A stretch of 34,008 bases of DNA. It comes from a virus. Lineage: Duplodnaviria > Caudoviricetes. The notes under the pieces were generated by a model. That model had not been told where the DNA came from. It saw only the letters and a list, made by a program, of their open reading frames with translations, and did not search any database. Both the position numbers and the translations under genes were made by a program. The stretch spans positions 1 to 34,008 of the IMG/VR virus record IMGVR_UViG_3300032332_000464; one strand, given 5' to 3'. The first letter of the stretch is position 1. The number at the start of each line of letters is the position of its first letter. Of the stretch, positions 18,232 through 27,204 are shown piece after piece.

Positions 18232-18585
18232 ATGCCCGCAACGACTATTGGACAACCCGGATTGGTGTTCGGGGCGACTACTGAGGGAATTGGACTTATC
18301 CAAAGCTTCAGTGAAACACGCAACATTGAGAAGAGTGAAATTCGTGATCGCACTGGCGACATTGTTGGCATTGCATATTACAATGCAACCACCGGATATA
18401 GCCTCTCTGTTGCTGTAACTGGTGCTTATACCGTGACCGCTGGAGCCGCCCTGGCCGCTCTTGCTAATGCAACCACAGCAGTTGGAACTGGTTCCCTCCG
18501 CATTGATTCCATCACCATTAACAAGAGCAATGATGCCTTTGTTACCCTGGACATCAGTGCCACTGGATACCCTAACGTAAGTTAA
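18232..18585 (+). CDS. Major tail tube protein
   Basis: 117 aa beta-rich, strong AAAGGAG RBS, capsid-like codon usage, upstream of frameshifting chaperone. Confidence 0.72.
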   Translation: MPATTIGQPGLVFGATTEGIGLIQSFSETRNIEKSEIRDRTGDIVGIAYYNATTGYSLSVAVTGAYTVTAGAALAALANATTAVGTGSLRIDSITINKSNDAFVTLDISATGYPNVS

Positions 18586-18626
18586 TAAGAATACTGGGTT
18601 CAATCCCCAGATCATGAAATCCTAAA

Positions 18627-19004
18627 ATGGAAGGCCATACTTACTGGGGAACAACAAATCTCAAGGTTGCATCTGCTGTTGCGGCCTTTGGTGCAAAGCC
18701 TAGACCTATCGATCCTGTAACCAGGGTAATAAAAGATGGACATCAGCAGGTAACATTCTGGTTTATTTCTGATGGAAATGGAGATGTTGCAAAAAAAGAA
18801 ATGGAGAGAACCTGGGCAGATATGCAATCTGATGAAGAATCTCCAATTAGATATGTTAGGGCGGCCTTGGAGAACCGAGAAACATTGTTAGGTCTCGTTA
18901 AGAGAGCAGAGCCGATAAGAATTATCCAGATAGGCGGGCAAACCCTCATGGTGCCTGAGAATGCCAGCCCAGAAAGAAAGAAGGCACTTTTAAGACATAT
19001 ATGA
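18627..19004 (+). CDS. Hypothetical tail-region protein
   Basis: 125-aa ORF, ATGA-coupled to chaperone gene. Confidence 0.65.
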   Translation: MEGHTYWGTTNLKVASAVAAFGAKPRPIDPVTRVIKDGHQQVTFWFISDGNGDVAKKEMERTWADMQSDEESPIRYVRAALENRETLLGLVKRAEPIRIIQIGGQTLMVPENASPERKKALLRHI

Positions 19005-19378
19005 ACGACATCCTAGAAGAAGCATTAGAATCAGCCTTTGTGGCTCCACAAAGGCAGTTTAAAGGTGAATCCCTTGCGCCATATACAGAAGGCTCAAGGC
19101 TCTTAATGATACAAGCCAGGAGTGATGAGGATTCAACAGCATTCTTTGTTTGGGCTTTTGTATTCCTTCATATTCAGCTTCATAAAAATAGGAAAGAAGC
19201 AATCAAGCTTTGTTGGAATAAAGACCTATTCAGAGAATCTATTCTTGATTGGATTGTAGATAAAACAGATTCAGACAGAGAGACTGCAAGTAGTCTTGTT
19301 GCATCCATTCTTGATGAGGCAAACAGAGGACAGGTTGAGCCTATCCCAACCCAAGGGGCAACAACCCAGGGAAACTAA
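19001..19378 (+). CDS. Tail assembly chaperone (gpG-like)
   Basis: Ends ...CAG GGA AAC TAA, i.e. slippery G GGA AAC just before stop. Confidence 0.78.
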   Translation: MNDILEEALESAFVAPQRQFKGESLAPYTEGSRLLMIQARSDEDSTAFFVWAFVFLHIQLHKNRKEAIKLCWNKDLFRESILDWIVDKTDSDRETASSLVASILDEANRGQVEPIPTQGATTQGN

Positions 19379-19584
19379 CACAGCCAACTGGAATAGCGGC
19401 ATCTGTATTCTCGTTGGCACAAAGAACAGGCTGGAGTATTGACTATATTATGTGGGAACTTCCAATGAGCTTATTTCACCAGGCTAACCATGTTCACCTG
19501 TGGATGTCTGGAGTTAAGTTGAGAAGGAGAGGTTATTTGGAGACTTCAAGCATTAAAGACCTTGAAAAACAATTAGGCTTATGA
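19369..19584 (+). CDS. -1 frameshift extension of chaperone (gpT-like part of gpGT)
   Basis: -1 frame reads LTQPTGIAASVFSLAQRTGWSIDYIMWELP...KQLGL and stops overlapping the 19581 ATG. Confidence 0.8.
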   Translation, partial: GKLTQPTGIAASVFSLAQRTGWSIDYIMWELPMSLFHQANHVHLWMSGVKLRRRGYLETSSIKDLEKQLGL

Positions 19585-20300
19585 GCTTCAAGCTAGATAC
19601 AAGGCAATTTGAAAGAAGGCTGGAGCAGTATGTTCCCCTGGCCAGAAAAGATATAACCAATGAGCTTAATAGGCGCTCAGCCAATATACTCATGAAGGCA
19701 ATTGTTAATACAGAAAAGGCCAGCCTGGGGGCTCTTAGATCATTATTCTCCAGGAATGCCACGGTAATGAGGGCAAGAACAAATAAGAAAACAGGTGTAA
19801 CCAGGATTACAAAGCCAAGGCAGAAGGTTGTCCATGGAACCATGGATGGTTACAGAATAGCCAACTACAGAAGGAACATAAGACTAGGCAGAAGGCCAAC
19901 TGGCAACCCTCCTGGGGATGGATTGGGTGGAGCATCAATGAAAGCATACATAAGGAAAACATTCAAAGCCCTGGGCAGTGCAGTTGGATATTTAAAGTCT
20001 GGATGGTTGCCGGCATTAAGAGTTTTTAAGCAAGCAGGTGGAGCCAAAGATTCTGCAAAGTTAAGGGGCAAAAAGGGAACAGCCAGCTTTGGTGGAGGGA
20101 CAAGGGCAACTCCTGGTGAAACTATGAGAGCTTATTTCTACTCAACAGCCAACCCAAGGACATTTGCAAAGGGGCCGGTTTCTATTGAATCCAGGCTAAA
20201 TACAGCACTACAAAAGGCTGTAGATGAGGAAACAGAGGATATGATGGTTTATATCTTTAGAAAAATACAGGAGAGGGCTGACAAAAGCCTAATGTCATGA
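19581..20300 (+). CDS. Basic tail-completion / virion morphogenesis protein (HK97 gp10-like)
   Basis: KLDTRQFERRL start, AVGYLKSGW motif, Arg/Lys-rich. Confidence 0.5.
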   Translation: MSFKLDTRQFERRLEQYVPLARKDITNELNRRSANILMKAIVNTEKASLGALRSLFSRNATVMRARTNKKTGVTRITKPRQKVVHGTMDGYRIANYRRNIRLGRRPTGNPPGDGLGGASMKAYIRKTFKALGSAVGYLKSGWLPALRVFKQAGGAKDSAKLRGKKGTASFGGGTRATPGETMRAYFYSTANPRTFAKGPVSIESRLNTALQKAVDEETEDMMVYIFRKIQERADKSLMS

Positions 20301-21727
20301 AGAAGATTGCAGAAGGAGAGCTTCTTGTACACACACAGAAGTCTGCCCAGAATGTAGATAGGCTTAGATCATACCTGGCCAGCCTTAGGGCTGAGTCTCA
20401 GAGAACAAGTGTTGGAATGGATAACTTGGCAAAAAGCATATTGCAAGCTGGGGCAAGGGGATTGTCTTTAGGCAAGGTAGTTAAGGGCTTGGCTGGTGCG
20501 GCTGGTTTTGGTGGCTTTGGGGTAGCGGCATATCTTGCAATTGATAAAATGACCAGAGGGCTTGTTGATGCCCAGGATGAATCGGACAAGCTTGCAGAGA
20601 CACTAAATAAAGCAGTTGGGGCAAAGGCTGGAGACAGCATTGAGGGAACCATGCAAAAGATGCAGTCGCTTACAACTGCAATCAATGAAAGCAAGAATGC
20701 AATTGGCAACCAGGGAACAATGAACTCCATAGCCGCATTCTTCTTCAATGATGATGCAGACAAGGCGGCCAAGGCTTTCCAAAAGGCAGTAGAAACCAGA
20801 ATTTCCCTTGGAGATAGGCTTACCCAACAAGAGGCAGAAAGAATTGCCCAGCAAAAAATCATCATGGACTTAGATGATGATATGGCTGAAGTATTTAAAA
20901 TTAACATTGAGACAAGAAAGAAGCTTGGCCAGATTGAAAGCAATGATGCACTTACTTCACAACAAAAACTTGAGCAGGCCAATCTAGCCAGGGAAGAACA
21001 AGCAGACAAGCTTAGAGCATTAAGACTCAAAAAAGAAAAAGAAACAGATAAAAAAGTCTTTGAGGAAAGAAAGAAGAGTGATGAAGAATCTGCAAGGCTT
21101 TCAATAAGACTTACTGATAGTTTAATTAAACAGGAAGATGCATTGTTTGAGAAGGGCGCTAAGGACTTTAAGGATGCCCAGGATGAGAAAATTAAAGCGG
21201 CTGAAGAAGCAAATAGGAAAATTGAAGAGTCGTCTAGAAAGGCTTCCCAGAAGATAACTGAGCAAGATGCACAGGCAAAAAAGAACTTTGAAGATAAATC
21301 TGGGGCTGATGTTGCAGTTCTAGGGGCATCCAGGGGTGGTTCTATAGCTTTAAACCAAGCAAGGAAATCAAGAAAGGCTCAAGCTTCAAAGGAAGATTTT
21401 AAGACTCAAGAGGCAATATTAAAATCAGAGGCAGAGAGGCTTTCAAAACAAGAGAAAAGACCAGTAACAATGCAAGATGTTAGAGTTAGAATGGCAACAA
21501 GACAAGCGGCCTCAGAGATGCCAACTCTTGGAGAAAAGCTTGCTGGAACAGCATCTGGAATTGACCCAGCACAGATTGCAAGGAGCAGGTCTGAAGCATC
21601 TATGGCAAAAGAGGACAGATACAATAAGGAAGAAAAAGGAATGCCAGACATCATGAAGAACATTGAGAAAATTCTTAACCAGCTTTCATCTGCACCACTT
21701 GTAACATCTGGTGCCGGAGGTTCATAA
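20297..21727 (+). CDS. Tape measure protein (short)
   Basis: 476 aa, helical Ala/Lys/Glu-rich, hydrophobic GLAGAAGFGGFGVAAYLAI segment, follows chaperone. Confidence 0.75.
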   Translation: MKKIAEGELLVHTQKSAQNVDRLRSYLASLRAESQRTSVGMDNLAKSILQAGARGLSLGKVVKGLAGAAGFGGFGVAAYLAIDKMTRGLVDAQDESDKLAETLNKAVGAKAGDSIEGTMQKMQSLTTAINESKNAIGNQGTMNSIAAFFFNDDADKAAKAFQKAVETRISLGDRLTQQEAERIAQQKIIMDLDDDMAEVFKINIETRKKLGQIESNDALTSQQKLEQANLAREEQADKLRALRLKKEKETDKKVFEERKKSDEESARLSIRLTDSLIKQEDALFEKGAKDFKDAQDEKIKAAEEANRKIEESSRKASQKITEQDAQAKKNFEDKSGADVAVLGASRGGSIALNQARKSRKAQASKEDFKTQEAILKSEAERLSKQEKRPVTMQDVRVRMATRQAASEMPTLGEKLAGTASGIDPAQIARSRSEASMAKEDRYNKEEKGMPDIMKNIEKILNQLSSAPLVTSGAGGS

Positions 21728-22374
21728 TGAGTGCAGTTATTATTGGCTCCCCTCTTTCTGGTGCAAAAGTATTGCAGAGGCAAAACTATCAAAGAGAAAA
21801 CAATGGCCTGGAAACTATTACAGAAAACTATATAATCAGAACCACAGACAGGCTAACACTAGCACCAGCAAAAGATACTCTTCACTCTGCATTCTCTACA
21901 GCAACTCCAAAATACTCCAGAATGGCAGTTGAAACTATTACATTTGATGAGATGGATGGTGGCTTAACCATAATGTCTGTAGTATATGTTGGGCTAACCT
22001 ACTCGACTGGGCTTCCTCAACCAGTTGTAAGACTTATACCTACGGCTGGAGAAGGGATTTATGGGCCGCCAATAGTTATTGAAGCTGAGTATGTGACCGA
22101 TGTTAGCGAAACGCAGTTTATGGCTGGTCAGTTGGCACTGAATAGCGCAATGCAAGTAGGCTTGGTCTTTTCTAATACAATAAAAATGCCAGCAGTAATA
22201 AATGGGTATCAGATGCCAAGAGACCCAAGATCAGCATATTCTGAATCTTCTTCTGTTGTATCTGTTCAATATAGCGGATATTGTGTTTTATCTAAATCCT
22301 GTGACAGGCGTGGATTATTTCTTGTTGCAAGAGATACATTTCATGAAGTTCTGCAAGTTGCGGCGGCTACATAA
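21727..22374 (+). CDS. Probable distal tail/baseplate protein
   Basis: Directly after tape measure, beta-rich. Confidence 0.5.
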   Translation: MSAVIIGSPLSGAKVLQRQNYQRENNGLETITENYIIRTTDRLTLAPAKDTLHSAFSTATPKYSRMAVETITFDEMDGGLTIMSVVYVGLTYSTGLPQPVVRLIPTAGEGIYGPPIVIEAEYVTDVSETQFMAGQLALNSAMQVGLVFSNTIKMPAVINGYQMPRDPRSAYSESSSVVSVQYSGYCVLSKSCDRRGLFLVARDTFHEVLQVAAAT

Positions 22375-22385
22375 AAGGAGTTAAA

Positions 22386-22634
22386 ATGAGAGAATCAAGC
22401 CTAACAGAATTAAGGGGAAACTCTAGGCTGGCACTTGGATTCTTTAATAGCCTAATCAGAAGAATTGAATGTACCAAGCCTCTTGCTGGTTCTGGGATTG
22501 CCATCAAGGAACAGGAGAATGGAATCGAAATAGCTATTAGCGGAGTTGGTGGTGGGCTGGGTGGATATTCGGAAAAAACTCTAAATGTATGTTCAAATGG
22601 AGTTCCATATACAATCACGGTTCTTGCTAGATAA
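22386..22634 (+). CDS. Small tail-tip protein
   Basis: AAGGAG RBS; PLAGSGIAIKEQENGIEIAI motif. Confidence 0.55.
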   Translation: MRESSLTELRGNSRLALGFFNSLIRRIECTKPLAGSGIAIKEQENGIEIAISGVGGGLGGYSEKTLNVCSNGVPYTITVLAR

Positions 22635-22661
22635 TTGAAATTGACACAAGAGGACAATTAA

Positions 22662-24308
22662 ATGGCTCAAAGTTTAGACATTTTTATTGATGTAACCAAT
22701 GGGAACCTGGTTGCCGCAGGTTCAGCTAGGAATGGAATACTCCCAACCCTTACCCGCAACGATTCCTATAACCTTAGGGTTCGATTGCAAGGGAGAGATT
22801 CTTCTGGGCTTCTTCGTGATTTAGATACAACTGGTTCTTCTATTAAGCTAGGTATCGGTGGGATTGATGATGCTCCAACATCTGGTGCTTTTAAGCTTTC
22901 TATCAACGGGGTAACATCAAATGCAATTACATATAGCACAGATGAAGCAACCGTAGCTGGGTATATTTATACAGCTGTATCAAATAATGTTGCCACGGTA
23001 ACAACCTATGGGAACGAGCCAGATGCCTATATTTTAACTGCAACACAACCAAATACTGCTATGTCATTTGGTGGTTCTTCCTTTACACTTTTTCCAACAA
23101 GTTCAGTTCTAGTAAGCACACGCAGATTCCCAGCTTCATCGATTGCGGCACAGCAAGTAGTTCGGTTGGCTCGTAACCCTGCTGTCTATTCTGATGCATT
23201 TGTTGCATCTCCAACATCTGGGATTGTGTCACTTACAAAAGTTCAAGATGGTTCTTCCACAAAAAATCAAACTTGGAATTTGGCAATTGGGTCAGATGCA
23301 GAGGGCGGTTCTGTTGTTCTTAACTATGGGACTAATTCAACTACTGCTATTCCAGTTGGGGCTAGTGCGGTCAGCTTTGCTGAGGCTCTCACATCTATTA
23401 CAGCAATTAGCAGTGGGAATGTAAGTGTAGATACTGGCAATAATGCTGGGAACTATTCTATTTCTTTTGTTCGTGATCTCGGGCTAACAAATGCACCAAC
23501 TCTTGCCCTTACCCTGGATGCAAGTGGGGTTATTTTTGGTAGTTTCTTGCAAACCACGGTGACAATGGCAACTGCCGAGCTCGACGAGCTATTTGCCGAA
23601 GCTGGTGAAGATACAATTTCACCAAAATTAGAGGTTGAGCTAACACAGAATGGAACACCAAAGACGGTTCTTCAAACTGATGTTACAATCCGTCGTGACT
23701 TGATTACAAGTGGTTCTGCCATTCCAGCCGCACAAGCTAGCTATCTCACCGCCGCCGAGAGCTATGCCGCTTTTGTTCGCAACTCAACGACTGGAGTAAA
23801 TTCAACTGCTAGAGGTCTTGCTGATTCCTCTGCCGTTACCTCTGTTAATTTCGGGGCAAGGACGCTTAATAATAATGCTGGAACACAAGTAGTCTCTTAT
23901 GCAACTGGGTTGGCTTTTGCCAACACCCCTATGGGATTCTATGGGGCAACGGTTACCGCCCAACCCGCAAACATTAATGTTGTTTCTGGTCTCATCAATG
24001 TTGGCTTGATTGCAAGCGGAGTTAGCTACGGAGTGCTTCCGCAATCTCCAAGAACAATTACGACTCTTACCTCGGTCACCTTTGGAACGGTAGGCGCAAA
24101 CGATCAGCATTATCGTGATGTGACTATAAATGACGCAGCGGTGAATGATATTGTGCTTATTGGACTGCCTGCGGCCGTTTCAGCAGGGGCAGTAATTCAA
24201 GGCGTAGTTTATAAAGCCAACACCGTCTGCCTTTCTTGCGTCAATGCCGACAGCGTTTCTAGGGATGTAAATACTGCCACCTACCGAATCACCGTCATAG
24301 GTTATTAA
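22662..24308 (+). CDS. Tail fibre / baseplate structural protein
   Basis: 548 aa Thr/Ser/Ala/Gly-rich; PTSGAFKL, TTAIPVGASA, NYSISF motifs; MGFYGATVTAQP. Confidence 0.7.
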   Translation: MAQSLDIFIDVTNGNLVAAGSARNGILPTLTRNDSYNLRVRLQGRDSSGLLRDLDTTGSSIKLGIGGIDDAPTSGAFKLSINGVTSNAITYSTDEATVAGYIYTAVSNNVATVTTYGNEPDAYILTATQPNTAMSFGGSSFTLFPTSSVLVSTRRFPASSIAAQQVVRLARNPAVYSDAFVASPTSGIVSLTKVQDGSSTKNQTWNLAIGSDAEGGSVVLNYGTNSTTAIPVGASAVSFAEALTSITAISSGNVSVDTGNNAGNYSISFVRDLGLTNAPTLALTLDASGVIFGSFLQTTVTMATAELDELFAEAGEDTISPKLEVELTQNGTPKTVLQTDVTIRRDLITSGSAIPAAQASYLTAAESYAAFVRNSTTGVNSTARGLADSSAVTSVNFGARTLNNNAGTQVVSYATGLAFANTPMGFYGATVTAQPANINVVSGLINVGLIASGVSYGVLPQSPRTITTLTSVTFGTVGANDQHYRDVTINDAAVNDIVLIGLPAAVSAGAVIQGVVYKANTVCLSCVNADSVSRDVNTATYRITVIGY

Positions 24309-24336
24309 GCAGGGCAAATGCCCTAACGAAATCCTT

Positions 24337-24783
24337 ATGGCTCTATTGATACCAGAAAGCCCTTGTGAGGCTTGCGAGTGTTGTGTTCAGTATATGTATT
24401 ATAGTTACTACGATGACTCTGCGTATGGTAATGTGAATTGTACAGCAGTTCCTTGTGGTGGAGGAGATTGCGACCCACCTCCTTGTTGTTGTGGTGCGTC
24501 AATATCTGGAACTATTTTAAGTCAAGAATACGACCAGAAGTGTTTTGATTTACTTACTCCAAGAGCACTCATATATGCCAATTCCTACATAGACAACATT
24601 GGATCTGTGGGTGGTGTTCAATTCTCACATACAGAATGTCAGTTAGGTTATCTTCCTGTTAATACAGAGGTTATTCCAGATATAGTTGGTAAAAAATTAT
24701 CTCTTCCTTTTACGGTTTCAAATGACAGCACTTGCGGGCCTTATGGTCTTTATGGTGTAAGCGTAAAATGGTATTTTAATTAA
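24337..24783 (+). CDS. Cysteine-rich protein
   Basis: 13 Cys in 148 aa incl. PCEACECC and PCGGGDCDPPPCCCG. Confidence 0.65.
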   Translation: MALLIPESPCEACECCVQYMYYSYYDDSAYGNVNCTAVPCGGGDCDPPPCCCGASISGTILSQEYDQKCFDLLTPRALIYANSYIDNIGSVGGVQFSHTECQLGYLPVNTEVIPDIVGKKLSLPFTVSNDSTCGPYGLYGVSVKWYFN

Positions 24784-25050
24784 ATGGGGATGCGCTTTAA
24801 AAGCCTAGAAGAATTGGCTCAGCATTCTCAAAGGCCAGGTGCAGTTGCTATGGCTGGAAATCTTGGAAAGAGCCTAATAGAATGGTCTGCCTCTGGATTT
24901 AAAACTTGTGAAGGTGATGAATTAAGTAAAAGGTTAGATATTTGCTCATCTTGTGAATACTTAATAAACAATAGATGTCTTAAATGCGGGTGCTTTATTG
25001 AAGTAAAGACTCGCCTTGGAACAAGCAAATGCCCAGTTGGAAAGTGGTAG
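24784..25050 (+). CDS. Small Cys-rich metal-binding protein (DUF6171-like)
   Basis: RLDICSSCE...RCLKCGCFIEVKT...CPVGKW. Confidence 0.7.
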   Translation: MGMRFKSLEELAQHSQRPGAVAMAGNLGKSLIEWSASGFKTCEGDELSKRLDICSSCEYLINNRCLKCGCFIEVKTRLGTSKCPVGKW

Positions 25051-25074
25051 CCCCTTGACACTCATCCTCTTCTT

Positions 25075-25245
25075 ATGGAACAAGTCTTAAACTTCATTCA
25101 GTCTCAAGATGTGTTTGCTTGGCTTGGGGCTTTGGTTGCCCTCCTCTCTGCGGTGATTGCAGTTGCCTCTCTGATTCCTGGTGATGAGCCCGAGGCAACG
25201 CTAACTAAAATCGTTTCATTCCTTTCCAAGTTTTCGAGGAAATAA
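25075..25245 (+). CDS. Putative holin, 56 aa (not in ORF track)
   Basis: MEQVLNFIQSQDVFAWLGALVALLSAVIAVASLIPGDEPEATLTKIVSFLSKFSRK; TM helix and basic tail, first gene of lysis block. Confidence 0.7.
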   Translation: MEQVLNFIQSQDVFAWLGALVALLSAVIAVASLIPGDEPEATLTKIVSFLSKFSRK

Positions 25246-25248
25246 AGG

Positions 25249-25410
25249 ATGTGGGAGGCTATTCTTGCCTCGCTTGCTGGAGTCATTGGCATTATTGCCT
25301 GGTGGACAAAAAACCGAGCAAAGACCCGCAGGGAAAGAGATGATGAAGAAATTGCTTACAATCGCAGGCTTCGTGACTCGGAAGTGGATTCTTGGATTCA
25401 TCGCCGCTAG
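25249..25410 (+). CDS. Putative i-spanin (Rz-like), 53 aa (not in ORF track)
   Basis: MWEAILASLAGVIGIIAWW TM then charged helix; AAAGG before ATG; overlaps lipoprotein gene. Confidence 0.65.
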   Translation: MWEAILASLAGVIGIIAWWTKNRAKTRRERDDEEIAYNRRLRDSEVDSWIHRR

Positions 25411-25624
25411 TTTAATTTCTGGGTGTGCAACCACTCACCCCTATGACTTGGGGCAAGTTCCCAACCAGGATTCAATATCAGACTTCATCATGCGATGGGA
25501 TAAGTTAGACAGAACCCATGCTACTCAACAAGAATACAGGGAGTTGTATGGGCAGACACTCAAAGCACTATCTAGGAGCCTGGAGGAGACAGAACGCTAC
25601 AAGTCTAGGCTTGAGGCACAATGA
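25340..25624 (+). CDS. Putative o-spanin (Rz1-like lipoprotein)
   Basis: ILGFIAASLISGC lipobox; starts within i-spanin gene in another frame. Confidence 0.68.
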   Translation: MMKKLLTIAGFVTRKWILGFIAASLISGCATTHPYDLGQVPNQDSISDFIMRWDKLDRTHATQQEYRELYGQTLKALSRSLEETERYKSRLEAQ

Positions 25625-26127
25625 CCCTAAAGCAAGCAACAGAACGATCCTTGGGGCATATAGAGCGTTTGGAAGCTACTTTTAGAGCCAGGGTTGGAAA
25701 GTGGTACTCTGAGTTGCTGGATAAGAAAATACCTGTTCTTATCTACTGCTCAGTCAGAACACCAGAAGAACAGGAAGAACTCTATGCTAGGGGGAGAACC
25801 AAGCCAGGAACCAAGGTGACCAATGCCAGGGGAACACCAGCACAAAGTCTGCACATCCATGGAAAGGCCATTGATGCTGTACCCCTGGCTCGTTCTTCTA
25901 CTGGGGAATACTTCACAGCCTGGGATGATGAGCTTACCTATGGAGTCATGAGGAAAATAGGGGAGAAGCATGGCCTAAGATTTTTAGAATGGGAGACCCC
26001 ACATTTTGAGGACTCCAATGTTTCTGGGTGGAGAGAGCTTGTTTTAATTCCAAAGAAAGAAATCCAAAAAGCTGTGAACAAAAAAACATCCTCTATTGCC
26101 AAAAAAAATCCATGGTCTAGTCGTTGA
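25621..26127 (+). CDS. Endolysin, M15 family (L-Ala-D-Glu peptidase-like)
   Basis: RTPEEQEELYARGRTKPG..VTNA, SLHIHGKAID, ETPHFE. Confidence 0.92.
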   Translation: MTLKQATERSLGHIERLEATFRARVGKWYSELLDKKIPVLIYCSVRTPEEQEELYARGRTKPGTKVTNARGTPAQSLHIHGKAIDAVPLARSSTGEYFTAWDDELTYGVMRKIGEKHGLRFLEWETPHFEDSNVSGWRELVLIPKKEIQKAVNKKTSSIAKKNPWSSR

Positions 26128-26486
26128 GGGTGACAAAGACCATTGCTATTGTGGCTGATAATCAATTTACTGCTAGTCACCTACAGCACCTTCAGCAAAT
26201 AAAGGCAGTGGCGGCTGATATGATTGATTGCAAATATCGTCGTGGCCAGGCACAGCATGGTGGGAATTTGTGGGGAATGCCTACAGCAAGGGTTGTTGAA
26301 GCTTCTCTCGAGGAGGCAACAGATCAAATGACATATCTTCTCACTCTCCGCCAGCAAATTAGAATCATCATGGAACTTGCACATGAGGGAATGAAAGACG
26401 ATTCAGTCTGTGCCACAACTGCCAGGGAGAATTGCAGGACAATCTGGTATGTTCTAACAGGTAGTGATGATGGCGCAAAAATTTAA
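26124..26486 (+). CDS. All-alpha nucleotide pyrophosphatase-like (MazG-fold) protein
   Basis: KYRRGQAQHG...SLEEATDQMTYL (EExxD) motif; start uncertain. Confidence 0.5.
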   Translation: MRVTKTIAIVADNQFTASHLQHLQQIKAVAADMIDCKYRRGQAQHGGNLWGMPTARVVEASLEEATDQMTYLLTLRQQIRIIMELAHEGMKDDSVCATTARENCRTIWYVLTGSDDGAKI

Positions 26487-27204
26487 GAAGTTCCTTGCTG
26501 TAACTTGTTCCCATGGCCACCTGGCAGATGCCAAGGCTACCAGGGCGGTGCTTGAGTTTAAGAAAAGGTGGAAGCCAGACCTTACACTCCACCTGGGGGA
26601 TGCTATCGACCTGGCCGCTTTTAGGGCAGGGGCAATGAGGTCTCCAGACTCAGCAGACAGAGCCGCCAGCATTGCAGAAGATTTTAATGCTGGAATAAAC
26701 TTTTTAAGGTTATTAGAGCCAAATATATTTTTTGTAGGCAACCATGAGAATCGTGTTTATGAACACCAGTATTCTCCCAATGCAATCCTAGCTCATTGTG
26801 CCACCAGTTGTTTGGCTGACCTACACCAGGTCTGTAAAGATTTGAGGGCTGAGATTGTCCAATACGACATCATGAAAGGCTGGAGAGAGTTTGGTGGCAC
26901 ATTGTTTGGGCATGGCTGGATGTTCAATGAGAATGCAGTTCGTGACCATGTGGAGATGATGAAAAAGCCCATTGTCATTGGGCATCTGCACAGGGTGGAC
27001 AGGGCGGCTGGCAGAAGTGTAGGGGCTCCAGTGGGCTGGACAATTGGATGCCTAGCCAATGTTGATTCAATGACCTATGCCAGGAGAAACAGAAGCATCA
27101 CCAGGTGGCAACATGGAATAGCCTGGGGAGAATACAACGATCACGATTGCATTGTGAATGTTCTTTCACCAACCAGCAGTGGAGAGTGGAGGTTCCCAGT
27201 ATGA
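26464..27204 (+). CDS. Calcineurin-like metallophosphoesterase
   Basis: CSHG, HLGDAID, GNHE, FGHG, GHLHR, WQHG motifs. Confidence 0.88.
   Translation: MMMAQKFKKFLAVTCSHGHLADAKATRAVLEFKKRWKPDLTLHLGDAIDLAAFRAGAMRSPDSADRAASIAEDFNAGINFLRLLEPNIFFVGNHENRVYEHQYSPNAILAHCATSCLADLHQVCKDLRAEIVQYDIMKGWREFGGTLFGHGWMFNENAVRDHVEMMKKPIVIGHLHRVDRAAGRSVGAPVGWTIGCLANVDSMTYARRNRSITRWQHGIAWGEYNDHDCIVNVLSPTSSGEWRFPV

Noticed and set aside
18590-18612. GGTTCAATCCC resembling a tRNA T-arm
   Set aside because: The gap is only ~40 nt with no acceptor, D or anticodon arms; kept only as a hairpin
20398-21030. 210-aa minus-strand ORF (and other minus-strand ORFs)
   Set aside because: Antisense shadows of + strand genes; no RBS or motifs
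15907-24783. Diversity-generating retroelement or invertase acting on fibre genes
   Set aside because: No reverse transcriptase or recombinase gene and no template/variable repeat pair seen
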